Shown: positions 19,670 through 29,099, counted from the first letter of the stretch. The stretch is DNA of 64,000 bases from a virus (IMGVR_UViG_3300027792_000307:866-64865); one strand, 5' to 3'. Numbers and translations are program-made. The notes: generated from the letters alone by a model not told the origin.

Positions 19670-19874
19670 GTACTTTAAGATTAGTTATGAAGGTGGAGAT
19701 TATTTTATAGTAAAAGAATTACCAAATCATAAATGGATTATTATATATTCTATTGTGGATGAAATTTTCCATAATCTTCAAGTCCAACATTATTTATACG
19801 ACCCGTTAAATTATGGAGTGAAAAGAGAGGAAATATCTGAAGCCGAAGCACAAATGGAGATTATGTTAGGATGA
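19638..19874 (+). CDS. hypothetical protein
   Basis: 78-aa ORF; start uncertain (overlaps upstream gene by ~30 nt). Confidence 0.4.
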   Translation: MWFTLIGKKIRYFKISYEGGDYFIVKELPNHKWIIIYSIVDEIFHNLQVQHYLYDPLNYGVKREEISEAEAQMEIMLG

Positions 19875-20137
19875 AAAGAACCAAAACAAAATTTAAGGTC
19901 GGAGATATAGTATTAATTTATAGATATAAGGAAGACATGTCTTTTGGATTTGCACATCTTATGGAAGAATGGGTTGGGAAAGTTGGGAGAATAATAGAGG
20001 TTACTTCTAATAAAGGTTATAAAGATGCCTATAAAATAGAAGCTATTAATTGGGAACCAGAAGATAGTAATTGGACTTGGGATGAATCTGTAATAAAAAA
20101 ACTATCAGATAAGGAAGCATTTCTGGAGTTAATATGA
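19871..20137 (+). CDS. small protein, array member (KVGDIVLI; tail AFLELI)
   Basis: ATGA overlaps; 3' end gcatttctggagttaatATGA. Confidence 0.6.
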   Translation: MKRTKTKFKVGDIVLIYRYKEDMSFGFAHLMEEWVGKVGRIIEVTSNKGYKDAYKIEAINWEPEDSNWTWDESVIKKLSDKEAFLELI

Positions 20138-20400
20138 TATTAAAGGTTGGTCATTACTATAAAACTACAAGAGTAAGAAAGGGACATTGGATGAAAGACC
20201 TCTTTATAAAGGTAGTTTCCTTAAATGAACATGGAAGCGAAGCAGAATATCCTCTTCAATATACCTTGGATTCTTTTGGTTATCATAATAGACCAACAAA
20301 AGGACGTACCTGGCATATGAGTGAACGATTTTGCTCTATCTATTTTAAGGAAATCACAAAGGAAGAATATGATACCGAGTGGTTATTGGTGAATCTATGA
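20134..20400 (+). CDS. small protein, array member (KVGHYYKT)
   Basis: ATGA-overlap start. Confidence 0.5.
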   Translation: MILKVGHYYKTTRVRKGHWMKDLFIKVVSLNEHGSEAEYPLQYTLDSFGYHNRPTKGRTWHMSERFCSIYFKEITKEEYDTEWLLVNL

Positions 20401-20663
20401 GATTAAAGGGAAGATATATTTTAACGACCAACGATTTTAAGTTGTTATTTAAATGCAACGAGGTTCTTGAAAGGCACAAAACAAGCGAAGGCATAGATTA
20501 TTATATATCTGCACACATATATAGATATAATAACACATACAGTAATATTGAGGGAACACCCAAAAATCAAAACAGAAAGTTATTTTTATTTACAGATAAA
20601 AATGATAAACCTCTGGACTGGGTTTTTCTTACGAGGAATGAATTCCTTGTGGAGTTATTATGA
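20397..20663 (+). CDS. small protein, array member (tail FLVELL)
   Basis: ATGA overlaps both ends. Confidence 0.5.
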   Translation: MRLKGRYILTTNDFKLLFKCNEVLERHKTSEGIDYYISAHIYRYNNTYSNIEGTPKNQNRKLFLFTDKNDKPLDWVFLTRNEFLVELL

Positions 20664-20935
20664 AATTAGAAAGAAACAAATGGTATTTAATAAGTAGTAA
20701 ATATATAGAAGAAAAAACAGGGAAAAGGATAGTTGCCGCAAAGTTTATTGGAGGAGAATCTATTCTTATGTCTTGGGAGTTATCAATACCAATAGAACAT
20801 CCAGCAAGGCATAACGGAGAAGTTATTGTAAATCGTATACTATATAAAGGAAGAATGGGATATTGTGTTTATATAGAACCAGAACGAGTTATAAGAAAAC
20901 TTACAAAGATGGAAGCATTTTTGGAATCACTATGA
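20660..20935 (+). CDS. small protein, array member (tail AFLESL)
   Basis: 3' end gcatttttggaatcactATGA. Confidence 0.55.
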   Translation: MKLERNKWYLISSKYIEEKTGKRIVAAKFIGGESILMSWELSIPIEHPARHNGEVIVNRILYKGRMGYCVYIEPERVIRKLTKMEAFLESL

Positions 20936-21171
20936 AAAAAGAGAAAATTAAAGTTGGGGATTATGTTAGGATAATAAAACCAGATACCATAATTGAAGGA
21001 GATAACTATTTTACAGCGGGGAAAGATAAAATAGCAAAAGTAGTACTCTTAAGGAAAGGAGATTGTAGATATAAAGTACAATTTTTAGAGAGAGTTTTTG
21101 CAGTGGAGATATACAGCGATAGTGAAGTAAAAAAATTGACCGATGTAGAGATATTTATGGAGATATTGTGA
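20932..21171 (+). CDS. small protein, array member (KVGDYVRI; tail IFMEIL)
   Basis: Canonical N- and C-terminal family motifs. Confidence 0.6.
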   Translation: MKKEKIKVGDYVRIIKPDTIIEGDNYFTAGKDKIAKVVLLRKGDCRYKVQFLERVFAVEIYSDSEVKKLTDVEIFMEIL

Positions 21172-22088
21172 TGGAAATTCAGGAAGAAATAAAGGAATTA
21201 ACCGAGAAGCAGAAGAAACTAATAAATCAATCCGTGGAGATTAATAAGGAAAAGATAGAGAAACTAAACGGGGCATATGGAATATACCCGAAGAATTACG
21301 CAAGATTGGACAAAATTCTACAGAAATATGACGAACTCCTCGGTAGTCAGAATAATTATACAACCAATAAGGAGGAAGTAAATAAGTTATATATGAGACT
21401 TTGCCAAAAGATTTTTAGTGAATCTATTAAATTAAATAGATATTATCGGGTCGACGATAAACTTCATTGGCATACACCAAACAAAAATGATAAAATCGCC
21501 TTTACAAGAAGGGGATTGGCATACAAACCAGAATACCACCATAGATTAAGAACTGTTGATGATATTACTTTTACAATTAAATACTTCAATCAAGACAAAT
21601 CTTTGAGGGATTTGCCTATATCAAAAAGAAAATTGGAAATGTGGCAGAAATTCTATGATATGATATTGCCATTTATTTTCCACGAGCATAAACTTGAGGA
21701 ATCTATTAAATTAGAAGTTCCAATAAAAACGGCGGTAGAACAAGATAGAGTTTATTGCAGAGATGAATATGACCACATAAAATATAGAGATATAAAGGAG
21801 GTAATTATTGATAAAATTGAGATAGATATTAATGAATATAGAAGGCAGATAAATTTTATCAAGCAACACAGCAGTGATTGTATTATTAGAATCAACTTTT
21901 CGAGAGGCGATTATGATGAGACAGATAACAGATACATTAAGCATATCATAAACCAAATGCCCGAGGAGATATTTACAAAACTCGAGAAATTCATAAACGA
22001 CGTACAGACAGCAACGGATAATAATAAAGCAATTCACGAAAAAATGAGGGAAGAATTCGGGCATTTATTACTATCGGAGGAAATATAA
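21171..22088 (+). CDS. hypothetical 305-aa protein
   Basis: Long ORF; no motif recognised. Confidence 0.6.
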   Translation: MEIQEEIKELTEKQKKLINQSVEINKEKIEKLNGAYGIYPKNYARLDKILQKYDELLGSQNNYTTNKEEVNKLYMRLCQKIFSESIKLNRYYRVDDKLHWHTPNKNDKIAFTRRGLAYKPEYHHRLRTVDDITFTIKYFNQDKSLRDLPISKRKLEMWQKFYDMILPFIFHEHKLEESIKLEVPIKTAVEQDRVYCRDEYDHIKYRDIKEVIIDKIEIDINEYRRQINFIKQHSSDCIIRINFSRGDYDETDNRYIKHIINQMPEEIFTKLEKFINDVQTATDNNKAIHEKMREEFGHLLLSEEI

Positions 22089-22387
22089 TGTTCAAATCAA
22101 AAGAAGACCTGATAAAAGAGGCAAAAGATACATATAAAAAACATTATGATAATCTTACATATGCTGATGGTATAAGAAACGCATTCCAATCCATCTCTGA
22201 ACGCATTGAGTTCTATGAAAGATATGAAGGGGATTGGTTCAAATTCAAAACTGAACAAGAGAAACTATATAACAAGTTTGTTTCTGATAGACCAGATATC
22301 TTAAAGGGTATAAACCAACGATTTGAAAGAGAAGCATTAATATTCAATGATTGGCTCTTCCACTTCTGTTTCGATGGGGTGAAGTAA
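22088..22387 (+). CDS. hypothetical protein
   Basis: 99-aa ORF, taATG after previous stop. Confidence 0.5.
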   Translation: MFKSKEDLIKEAKDTYKKHYDNLTYADGIRNAFQSISERIEFYERYEGDWFKFKTEQEKLYNKFVSDRPDILKGINQRFEREALIFNDWLFHFCFDGVK

Positions 22388-22481
22388 ATGGGATTCTTAG
22401 ATTGGATTGGGTTAGGTTGGTTTGTAGTGTTTGTATTGGCTTGTATAGGATTAGTAATCTGTATCTTTTTGGTGATTTAAA

Positions 22482-22739
22482 ATGACTCCAGAACCATTGA
22501 AAGGAAAAAGAGTTTGGTATAGAGATATGATACCTGCATATACAGAGGATGATATCAAATCAGCAGTAGCAGGTCTCATCAAATTCCACGAGGACAGGAT
22601 TGAAGAGCTGATAGAAAGAATTGTTGAATATAGTGATTGGAGTATAAGTGATGAAACTTATTGTGATTTATTAAGGGAAATCAAAAAGGAATATGAATCC
22701 ATCATGGCAATCGAGCATTGGTTGGAGGATGTGATATGA
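22482..22739 (+). CDS. hypothetical protein
   Basis: 85-aa acidic ORF. Confidence 0.5.
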   Translation: MTPEPLKGKRVWYRDMIPAYTEDDIKSAVAGLIKFHEDRIEELIERIVEYSDWSISDETYCDLLREIKKEYESIMAIEHWLEDVI

Positions 22740-23122
22740 AAGAAATCAGAAGGAAATTAGGCACGGTAAATATCGGCAATTACTTTAATAAAATCCTGTG
22801 GGTTGATATTATCCCACTTACCAACGATTTAATTAGGTATAAAATCTATTGTTGCGTATCTGAATTGCCAGACGGATTTGATATATCTCAAGTTCCAAAA
22901 GTATCCAACGGATTTATAGAAAAACGATTTCACTCGTGGTTTATTAATGGAGGGAGGAACTATAAAACCTACCACAAAATATATATGGATATGGATTCTA
23001 TGGAAGAATTGCGGGTAATTGTGGAGGAATTAATAAAGAACCCTATATTAGATATTTTCACGTTCAATATCACAATAGATGTGGAAAAAATACTAAACGA
23101 ACTAAAGATAAGTGTATTATGA
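22736..23122 (+). CDS. hypothetical protein
   Basis: ATGA-overlap start (gtgatATGAaag). Confidence 0.5.
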   Translation: MKEIRRKLGTVNIGNYFNKILWVDIIPLTNDLIRYKIYCCVSELPDGFDISQVPKVSNGFIEKRFHSWFINGGRNYKTYHKIYMDMDSMEELRVIVEELIKNPILDIFTFNITIDVEKILNELKISVL

Positions 23123-23355
23123 AGAGAGGGGATTATTTTATAGTTAATTGCGAGGGTAAAAAACTAATTGGAAGAATAACTTGTTTTAGGAAGGAAATTA
23201 TATATTATATTTGCTTGTACAATGATATTGATGATTTGGCTTATTCTTATGTAGAAGATAGAGCCGGGAGAAAAGACAAATTTACGAAACAAAGCAATAT
23301 GGCAGAAAGATTAAAAATGATAAACGAAGAGGAAGTTTTTTTAGAAATTCTATAA
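23119..23355 (+). CDS. small protein, array member (tail VFLEIL)
   Basis: ATGA-overlap start; last gene before a 125-bp promoter-like gap. Confidence 0.55.
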   Translation: MKRGDYFIVNCEGKKLIGRITCFRKEIIYYICLYNDIDDLAYSYVEDRAGRKDKFTKQSNMAERLKMINEEEVFLEIL

Positions 23356-23480
23356 GGAGAGAGCATTTAGAATGGCATAAAGTAGCCAAAATCACAAAAA
23401 TGAAAAATTATATGCTATATAGGTAATATTTTCAGAAAAAATCGATAGTATTAAGCAAAAATAAAAGGAGTTGAAAAGAA

Positions 23481-24155
23481 ATGGAAAAGAAACAAAAAAC
23501 AATAGTTGCGAGTACTTCCATAGTGGCAGCAGCCATAGTGGTTCTCGCAGCATTGGGAGGGCAGGTGTTTGGCACAGACACAACTGTGAGTGTTATCGTG
23601 CCTACAGGAACATATAGAATTGGAGATACAATTACTGTATCAATTCAATGTTCTCCGACAAGACCAGTAAAAGCATGGGAATTGAATGTAAATTTCAATA
23701 AGAATGTTTTGAATGCCAATGCGGTGTTTGAAGGAAATTTCTTTGTTGGTAAAACAACATTCTTTAATGCGGGAACTATACAGAATTCCAATGGAAAAAT
23801 TATCAACATATATGATTTGATAATTGGACCCGGAAATGTAACAACCCAAGGAAATTTAATTACAATATCTTTTACTGCGGTTGGGTATGGAACTAGTGCC
23901 GTAGAAATATACAATGTTGGACTTACAAATGAGACAATGTATATTCCAATTAGTATAGTTAATTCCACAACAATAGTATATTCTCCATATGATATGAATG
24001 CGGATGGTGTGGTTGATATGCTAGATTTAGTTGATGTTGCTGGGCACTATGGAGAAACTGGAACATCTGGTTGGATTATGCAGGATATAAACAAAGATGG
24101 GAAGATTTCGGTTATGGACTTGGTGTTAATATCTACTCATTGGGGTAGTTATTAA
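23481..24155 (+). CDS. secreted/membrane-anchored cohesin-like domain + type-I dockerin protein
   Basis: N-terminal hydrophobic segment; cohesin-like start TVSVIVPTGTYRIGDTITVSIQC; two textbook dockerin Ca-binding repeats DMNADGVVDMLDLVDV and DINKDGKISVMDLVLI at the C-terminus. Confidence 0.65.
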   Translation: MEKKQKTIVASTSIVAAAIVVLAALGGQVFGTDTTVSVIVPTGTYRIGDTITVSIQCSPTRPVKAWELNVNFNKNVLNANAVFEGNFFVGKTTFFNAGTIQNSNGKIINIYDLIIGPGNVTTQGNLITISFTAVGYGTSAVEIYNVGLTNETMYIPISIVNSTTIVYSPYDMNADGVVDMLDLVDVAGHYGETGTSGWIMQDINKDGKISVMDLVLISTHWGSY

Positions 24156-24652
24156 TGAGGAAGTGGTTGTTGGTCTCTGTAGGAATAGTAGGGATGGTGA
24201 TTATGGTTGTGATGAGTGGCTGTTTTGAGCCACCCACCACCACCAACACAGTATATATTTATCCACAAAGTTCCTATAAAGCAGTTGAGGAGCAATTTAC
24301 CATATCAATTAAGTGTGATTCAATACAGGAAATCAATGGATTTGAAACCTCACTAAAATTTAATAAAACCCATATAAGAGTAATTAGTTGGGAGTGGGAG
24401 GATTTCTTTTCCACAGATTCATTTAAGAGTGTGCCTATTATAGACAATGTAAATGGAATTGTATTTGATATCTACGCAGTTTCTATAGGATTGGATGGAG
24501 CAAAATCAAACAAACCAATAATAACCTTTACTTGTATTCCTATATCAACTGGAACAAGTAAAATTGAACTATATAATACAAACATTGTTAATGCCTCTGG
24601 AATTATTCCGTGTGAATTAATCAATGGAACGTTAATTTCAGCTTATTCGTAG
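24155..24652 (+). CDS. membrane-anchored cohesin-like domain protein (paralog of N-terminal domain of previous gene)
   Basis: TM helix; ..FTISIKCDSIQEINGFETSLKFNKTHIRVISW.. parallels ..ITVSIQCSPTRPVKAWELNVNFNKNVLNANAV.. Confidence 0.55.
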   Translation: MRKWLLVSVGIVGMVIMVVMSGCFEPPTTTNTVYIYPQSSYKAVEEQFTISIKCDSIQEINGFETSLKFNKTHIRVISWEWEDFFSTDSFKSVPIIDNVNGIVFDIYAVSIGLDGAKSNKPIITFTCIPISTGTSKIELYNTNIVNASGIIPCELINGTLISAYS

Positions 24653-24658
24653 GTAATT

Positions 24659-24844
24659 ATGATAGTTGTAAAAGGAATAGATTGGGAAGAATTTAAAGGT
24701 CTATTGGATGAAACATACGAACATTTTATTAAAAAGAAATATGTGGGTTCCACCGCCTTATTAGATAAGGTGTATAATAGATATCAAAAGGGAGAGAGAA
24801 CATTGCAATTATATAAGGAATTCATGGATATAGTGGGGGATTAG
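24659..24844 (+). CDS. hypothetical small protein
   Basis: 61-aa ORF. Confidence 0.4.
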   Translation: MIVVKGIDWEEFKGLLDETYEHFIKKKYVGSTALLDKVYNRYQKGERTLQLYKEFMDIVGD

Positions 24845-24846
24845 AA

Positions 24847-25779
24847 ATGGATAAAGAAAGAGTATGTTTGGATTGTGGTATTTCTATAAAAGAAAGACCT
24901 TATGGAAGTGTACGTTGTAAACCGTGCCAAGTAGAATATACAAGGAAGCGTGTGGCAGAAAGAAGTAGAAAAAGGTACGTTCCTAAAATACTAAAACCTC
25001 TTTTTTGTTTGGATTGTAAAAAACCAATGGAGAGGGGGAAATATAGGGGAAATAAAATAAGATGTGAATCTTGCAGGAAAGAATTTAAGGTGAAATATGC
25101 AAGAGAATACGAAGAAGTAATAGTTCTAAAATCTTGTTTAGAATGCCAGGAATTAATGGTTGTTGAAAGGAAAGAAGGGGAACATCTCGGAAAATATCGG
25201 AATTACTGCCCAACCTGTAGACCAAAGCATTATGGCAGAAGGAAATTTGGGTATGTTCCTAATTTAATGAGGACTTGCCCAGAATGTAAAAAGGAAATGA
25301 CATATTACCATATGAGACCGTACAATGGTGTGTTTTATTGTGTAAAGTGTAAAAAGAAAAAAATTAATAGAGAACGACACGAAAATGCTTTAAAGAAGAG
25401 AGAAGAATACAAAAAAAGAATGGAAGAAGTTGTATTGGAACGTAATAGTAGATATTGTGTGGATTGTAATAAAAAGATAGAAGGAATACCTCCAAGAAAT
25501 TGGAATACAATTAGATGTAAACCTTGCCAAGCAACTTATTCAAAAGCAACAACAGAAAATAGAATAAACAAAAGGATTGGAACAGTTTCTATGATTAGAA
25601 ATCTACATATAGAAAAAGATAAGGACGGTAATCCTGACTGGGCAAAGGAAGCGGAGAAAATCAAAAAATTAAAGCATAAAACATATTATCCTTATAAGGG
25701 GGATTACAAGAATAGAAGAATGGAAGAACATCTTAGAAAGAATACACACACATATAAACCAGAGGGAGAAGATGGGTAA
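24847..25779 (+). CDS. zinc-ribbon repeat protein (at least 7 CxxC..CxxC units)
   Basis: CLDCG..CKPCQ, CLDCKK..CESCR, CLECQ, CPTCR, CPECKK, CVKCKK, CVDCNK..CKPCQ. Confidence 0.6.
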   Translation: MDKERVCLDCGISIKERPYGSVRCKPCQVEYTRKRVAERSRKRYVPKILKPLFCLDCKKPMERGKYRGNKIRCESCRKEFKVKYAREYEEVIVLKSCLECQELMVVERKEGEHLGKYRNYCPTCRPKHYGRRKFGYVPNLMRTCPECKKEMTYYHMRPYNGVFYCVKCKKKKINRERHENALKKREEYKKRMEEVVLERNSRYCVDCNKKIEGIPPRNWNTIRCKPCQATYSKATTENRINKRIGTVSMIRNLHIEKDKDGNPDWAKEAEKIKKLKHKTYYPYKGDYKNRRMEEHLRKNTHTYKPEGEDG

Positions 25780-26011
25780 AATTTGTTCAATATGTGGGGA
25801 GAGAACCATATTTTTTGTTTGGGGGAGTAGCAGAAATATAAAAGGAACTGCCTCTAATTTAATAATTAAACACTGTAGCAGAGAATTAGATACTATGGAT
25901 GTATTTTGCCACAATTGTTGTAAGAAGTATGATATTTTAGAGGAAAGACCACCGATAATAAATAGACCGAGGAAATATAAGACTTGGAGCGATACAAAAT
26001 GGAGAAGTTAA
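25772..26011 (+). CDS. Cys-rich small protein (CSICGERTIFFVW family; paralog at 49068..49250)
   Basis: CSICGERTIFFVWGSSRN vs CSICGIRTIFYVWSTTRN in the 49068 gene. Confidence 0.5.
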   Translation: MGKICSICGERTIFFVWGSSRNIKGTASNLIIKHCSRELDTMDVFCHNCCKKYDILEERPPIINRPRKYKTWSDTKWRS

Positions 26012-26319
26012 AAAGTAATAAAAGAAAACCAAAAGTTGGAGATTGGGTGAGAATAACAAATCCTTGGGGAGATAAATGGAAGGAATCTGGGATTTCTCAA
26101 AAAGATAGAAAAGCAGTTAAGGGGATGGTAGGAAAAATAACAAGAATACAGGAAGGTATGAAAACTGGAGCAGGATTATACCTCGATTATGTTATTAATA
26201 TTATATCAAGTAAGGATGAAATAAGAAAATCAATGCCCGGTTTCTCTGGACAGGTTTGGGATATAAGGGAATTTGAAGTTATACACGATAAACTCGAGAT
26301 ATTTTGTGAGGTATTATAA
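25999..26319 (+). CDS. small protein, array member (KVGDWVRI; tail IFCEVL)
   Basis: N-terminal and junction motifs. Confidence 0.55.
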   Translation: MEKLKSNKRKPKVGDWVRITNPWGDKWKESGISQKDRKAVKGMVGKITRIQEGMKTGAGLYLDYVINIISSKDEIRKSMPGFSGQVWDIREFEVIHDKLEIFCEVL

Positions 26320-26321
26320 AA

Positions 26322-26948
26322 ATGAATACGATAGAATTGTTTTCTGGAACAAAATCCTTTAGTAAGGTAATGAAAAAATATAACCACGATGTATTTACTA
26401 TTGATAATAATCCAGATTTAAATCCAGATTTATGTATAGATATACTACAAATGCCAAAAACTATTAAGAAAGTGGATATATTCTGGGCTTCTCCTCCTTG
26501 CACAGGATTTAGTGTTGCTTCTATAAGTAGACATTGGACTGGAGGATACAGAAAGTATATACCTAAATCTGAAACGGCTAAATTAGGATTACAATTACTT
26601 GACAGAACTATAGAGATTATATCTATAAATAAACCAACAGAATGGTATATAGAAAATCCTCGGGGAGTTATGCGTAAAGTAATAGACGATATATTTAAGA
26701 AATATGGAATTGCAGATTATAGGAGAGTTACAATTACTTATTGCCAATATGGAGATATACGGATGAAACCAACTGATATATGGACAAATAATATGACTTG
26801 GATACCAAAACCTGTATGTAAAAATGGAGATACCTGCCATACCTCTGCACCGAGAGGTTCAAGAACAGGAACTCAAGGATTAAAGAATGCAACTGAAAGA
26901 GGAAAAATCCCAGAGGAATTATTTGTTGAGATACTAAATGGGAGGTAA
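26322..26948 (+). CDS. C5-cytosine DNA methyltransferase-like protein, unusually short (208 aa; motifs I, IV, VI, VIII-like only)
   Basis: LFSGTKS (motif I-like), SPPCTGFS (PC motif IV), ENPRG (ENV motif VI), QYGDIRMKP (VIII-like). No room for a canonical TRD or motifs IX/X. Confidence 0.65.
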   Translation: MNTIELFSGTKSFSKVMKKYNHDVFTIDNNPDLNPDLCIDILQMPKTIKKVDIFWASPPCTGFSVASISRHWTGGYRKYIPKSETAKLGLQLLDRTIEIISINKPTEWYIENPRGVMRKVIDDIFKKYGIADYRRVTITYCQYGDIRMKPTDIWTNNMTWIPKPVCKNGDTCHTSAPRGSRTGTQGLKNATERGKIPEELFVEILNGR

Positions 26949-26949
26949 T

Positions 26950-27240
26950 ATGAAACTAATTCCTGGAAGATATTATATACTAAGGAATATATTTTTGAGT
27001 ACTAGACTTAAAGGTAGAGAATTTATTGTTGGTAAGTATATAGAATCAATTGGAACCAAACCAAGGCATTTATTTAGAATTAGAGAATTAAGTGGTTATC
27101 TACATAATGGAAATGGTCATTGTAAAGAAATATTTTATGATAAAGATGGATGGTATTTTAGTAATGAAGACATAAAAGAAATAATTAACGGAAAAACAGA
27201 AGAAGAAATTAAGATAGGAATTTTTCTATATATGTTATAG
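26950..27240 (+). CDS. small protein, array member (tail IFLYML)
   Basis: ggaggtaatATG SD. Confidence 0.5.
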   Translation: MKLIPGRYYILRNIFLSTRLKGREFIVGKYIESIGTKPRHLFRIRELSGYLHNGNGHCKEIFYDKDGWYFSNEDIKEIINGKTEEEIKIGIFLYML

Positions 27241-27248
27241 GAGAAGAT

Positions 27249-27839
27249 ATGGTATATATGAGCGATGGAAACAGACGGATGAATATTCCAACGTTTTCTT
27301 TACTATCTGAACATACCTGTCCGAATGCAACGGAACTATGTAAAAAATACTGCTATGCAAAGAAGGCAGAGAGAGCATATAAAAATGCCTTTATTAATCG
27401 GATGACTAATACATTTGATAGTTTAAAGGCAACGTTTGTAGATGAAACTAAAAATATAATCTCCCAAAAGAAAAGCAAGTATATTAGAATCCACGAATCA
27501 GGGGATTTCTATTCTCAAGAATACCTCGAGAAGTGGTTTAAAATCTGTAAATCCTCGCCAGATAAGAAATTCCTCGTATATACACAAATGTTTAATTTAG
27601 ATTGGAGCGAAAAGCCCAAGAATATGGTAGTTTATTGGACAATTTGGCCAGATACAGCAACAATTCCAAGGAAAGGATTAAAAGCATATGTTATAGACAA
27701 CGGAGCAGGGAAAATTCCTTTATATAAGAAAAACATAACTGGATTTAGATGCCAGAAAGGTAAGGGAAATACTATGACCTGTAATCAATGTATGTATTGT
27801 TTTAAGGGGAAGGGAAATGTCCTATTCAAAATCCACTAA
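27249..27839 (+). CDS. Cys-containing hypothetical protein (weak resemblance to phage Gp37/Gp68-DUF5131 N-terminus: TCP..C..YCYA)
   Basis: HTCPNATELCKKYCYAKKAERAYKN; assignment speculative. Confidence 0.5.
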   Translation: MVYMSDGNRRMNIPTFSLLSEHTCPNATELCKKYCYAKKAERAYKNAFINRMTNTFDSLKATFVDETKNIISQKKSKYIRIHESGDFYSQEYLEKWFKICKSSPDKKFLVYTQMFNLDWSEKPKNMVVYWTIWPDTATIPRKGLKAYVIDNGAGKIPLYKKNITGFRCQKGKGNTMTCNQCMYCFKGKGNVLFKIH

Positions 27840-28104
27840 ATTTAAGGTTGGGGACTTTATTATTCATACGAAAGATGGTGTAGACAATAATACCTATATA
27901 TGTAAAATAACAAAAGTCTTTAAATCTACTTGTCATCGTGGTAGTTTTCAATATAATGCGGACTTTTTTAGAGAAATATTAATTGAACATGATGAATGGA
28001 TAAAACACTCAACTGGAAAACATAACTTTGAGGAAAAAAGTAACTTCTGTGATTATTGCAAAAAAATAAAAGATAAAGGAGAACTTTTCTTTTGGTTATT
28101 ATAA
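27817..28104 (+). CDS. small protein, array member (KVGDFIIH; tail LFFWLL)
   Basis: N-terminal family motif. Confidence 0.5.
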   Translation: MSYSKSTKFKVGDFIIHTKDGVDNNTYICKITKVFKSTCHRGSFQYNADFFREILIEHDEWIKHSTGKHNFEEKSNFCDYCKKIKDKGELFFWLL

Positions 28105-28115
28105 CGAGGGAAAAA

Positions 28116-28343
28116 ATGGGATATTCAAAATACATTAAGGACGTTAGAGTTAGAACAGGAGAATTCTATATAGCTAAAAAAATATCTAAAGATAGATATA
28201 AAATAATATTTATAAAAGGAAGTTGGGGTTTCCAAAGTCCAGATTCAGATATAGTTGATGAAAAGTGGGTATTTACAGAAAATGATGGCAAATACAAATC
28301 AGAATATATCAGCAAGCAAGAGGCTTTTTTGGAGATGTTATGA
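28116..28343 (+). CDS. small protein, array member (tail AFLEML)
   Basis: 3' end gcttttttggagatgttATGA. Confidence 0.55.
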   Translation: MGYSKYIKDVRVRTGEFYIAKKISKDRYKIIFIKGSWGFQSPDSDIVDEKWVFTENDGKYKSEYISKQEAFLEML

Positions 28344-28585
28344 AAAGAATTAAGAAATTAACCGAATTTAAGGTCGGAGAGAAGTACCTTTTCATAAGTA
28401 AATTAGGTAATAAATCCCTTGGTATTTCCACCGAACTTAAAGATGGATTTGCCATATTTAGAATATATCAATCCACATATAAAGACCTTCCTTCAGGAAC
28501 AGAATGTTGTTTAGATGAATTCTCCTTTAAAGATGGAAAATCTTACTTATTAACTGAAAACGAGTTTCTCGTGGAGTTATTATGA
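28340..28585 (+). CDS. small protein, array member (KVGEKYLF; tail FLVELL)
   Basis: ATGA overlaps both ends. Confidence 0.55.
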   Translation: MKRIKKLTEFKVGEKYLFISKLGNKSLGISTELKDGFAIFRIYQSTYKDLPSGTECCLDEFSFKDGKSYLLTENEFLVELL

Positions 28586-28857
28586 TTAAAGTGGGAGATA
28601 AGGTTAAATTTATCTACTATTATACAGATGCTACAAGGATATATTTTGGTATAATAAGAAAAATTGGAGAGAAAGTAGCTAGTTATCCAAATAATATAAA
28701 CATAGTAGAATTTGAGCAACGTTGTTTTATTAGGAGAAAACTAGATGGAACTATAGATGTAGATAATTATAAAGAGATATCTGGAAAATATTTTGCTTAT
28801 TCAAGTATAGAAAAAATAGATAATTTTGATTCGGAAATTTTCCTGGAGTTATTATGA
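28582..28857 (+). CDS. small protein, array member (KVGDKVKF; tail IFLELL)
   Basis: ATGA overlaps both ends. Confidence 0.55.
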   Translation: MIKVGDKVKFIYYYTDATRIYFGIIRKIGEKVASYPNNINIVEFEQRCFIRRKLDGTIDVDNYKEISGKYFAYSSIEKIDNFDSEIFLELL

Positions 28858-29099
28858 GTGAGGAAGATTCGGCAGTAAAACGATGGTTTAGAGACCACAC
28901 AGATGGAAGGCAGAAGTGTTCAATTTGCGATAGGTGTATTCCGAAGTATATAAAACGGGTTAGTTTTTCCTATACAGGTTCCTATGGAAATAGTGGTTCT
29001 ATAAGAATATGCGAGAAGTGCGTATTGGAATTATCAGAGGAAATTAACCACGCCAACGTAGATAAATGGAGAATGGAGATATTTATGGAGGAATTATGA
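28854..29099 (+). CDS. small Cys-rich protein, array member (tail IFMEEL)
   Basis: CSICDRC..C..C. Confidence 0.5.
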   Translation: MSEEDSAVKRWFRDHTDGRQKCSICDRCIPKYIKRVSFSYTGSYGNSGSIRICEKCVLELSEEINHANVDKWRMEIFMEEL

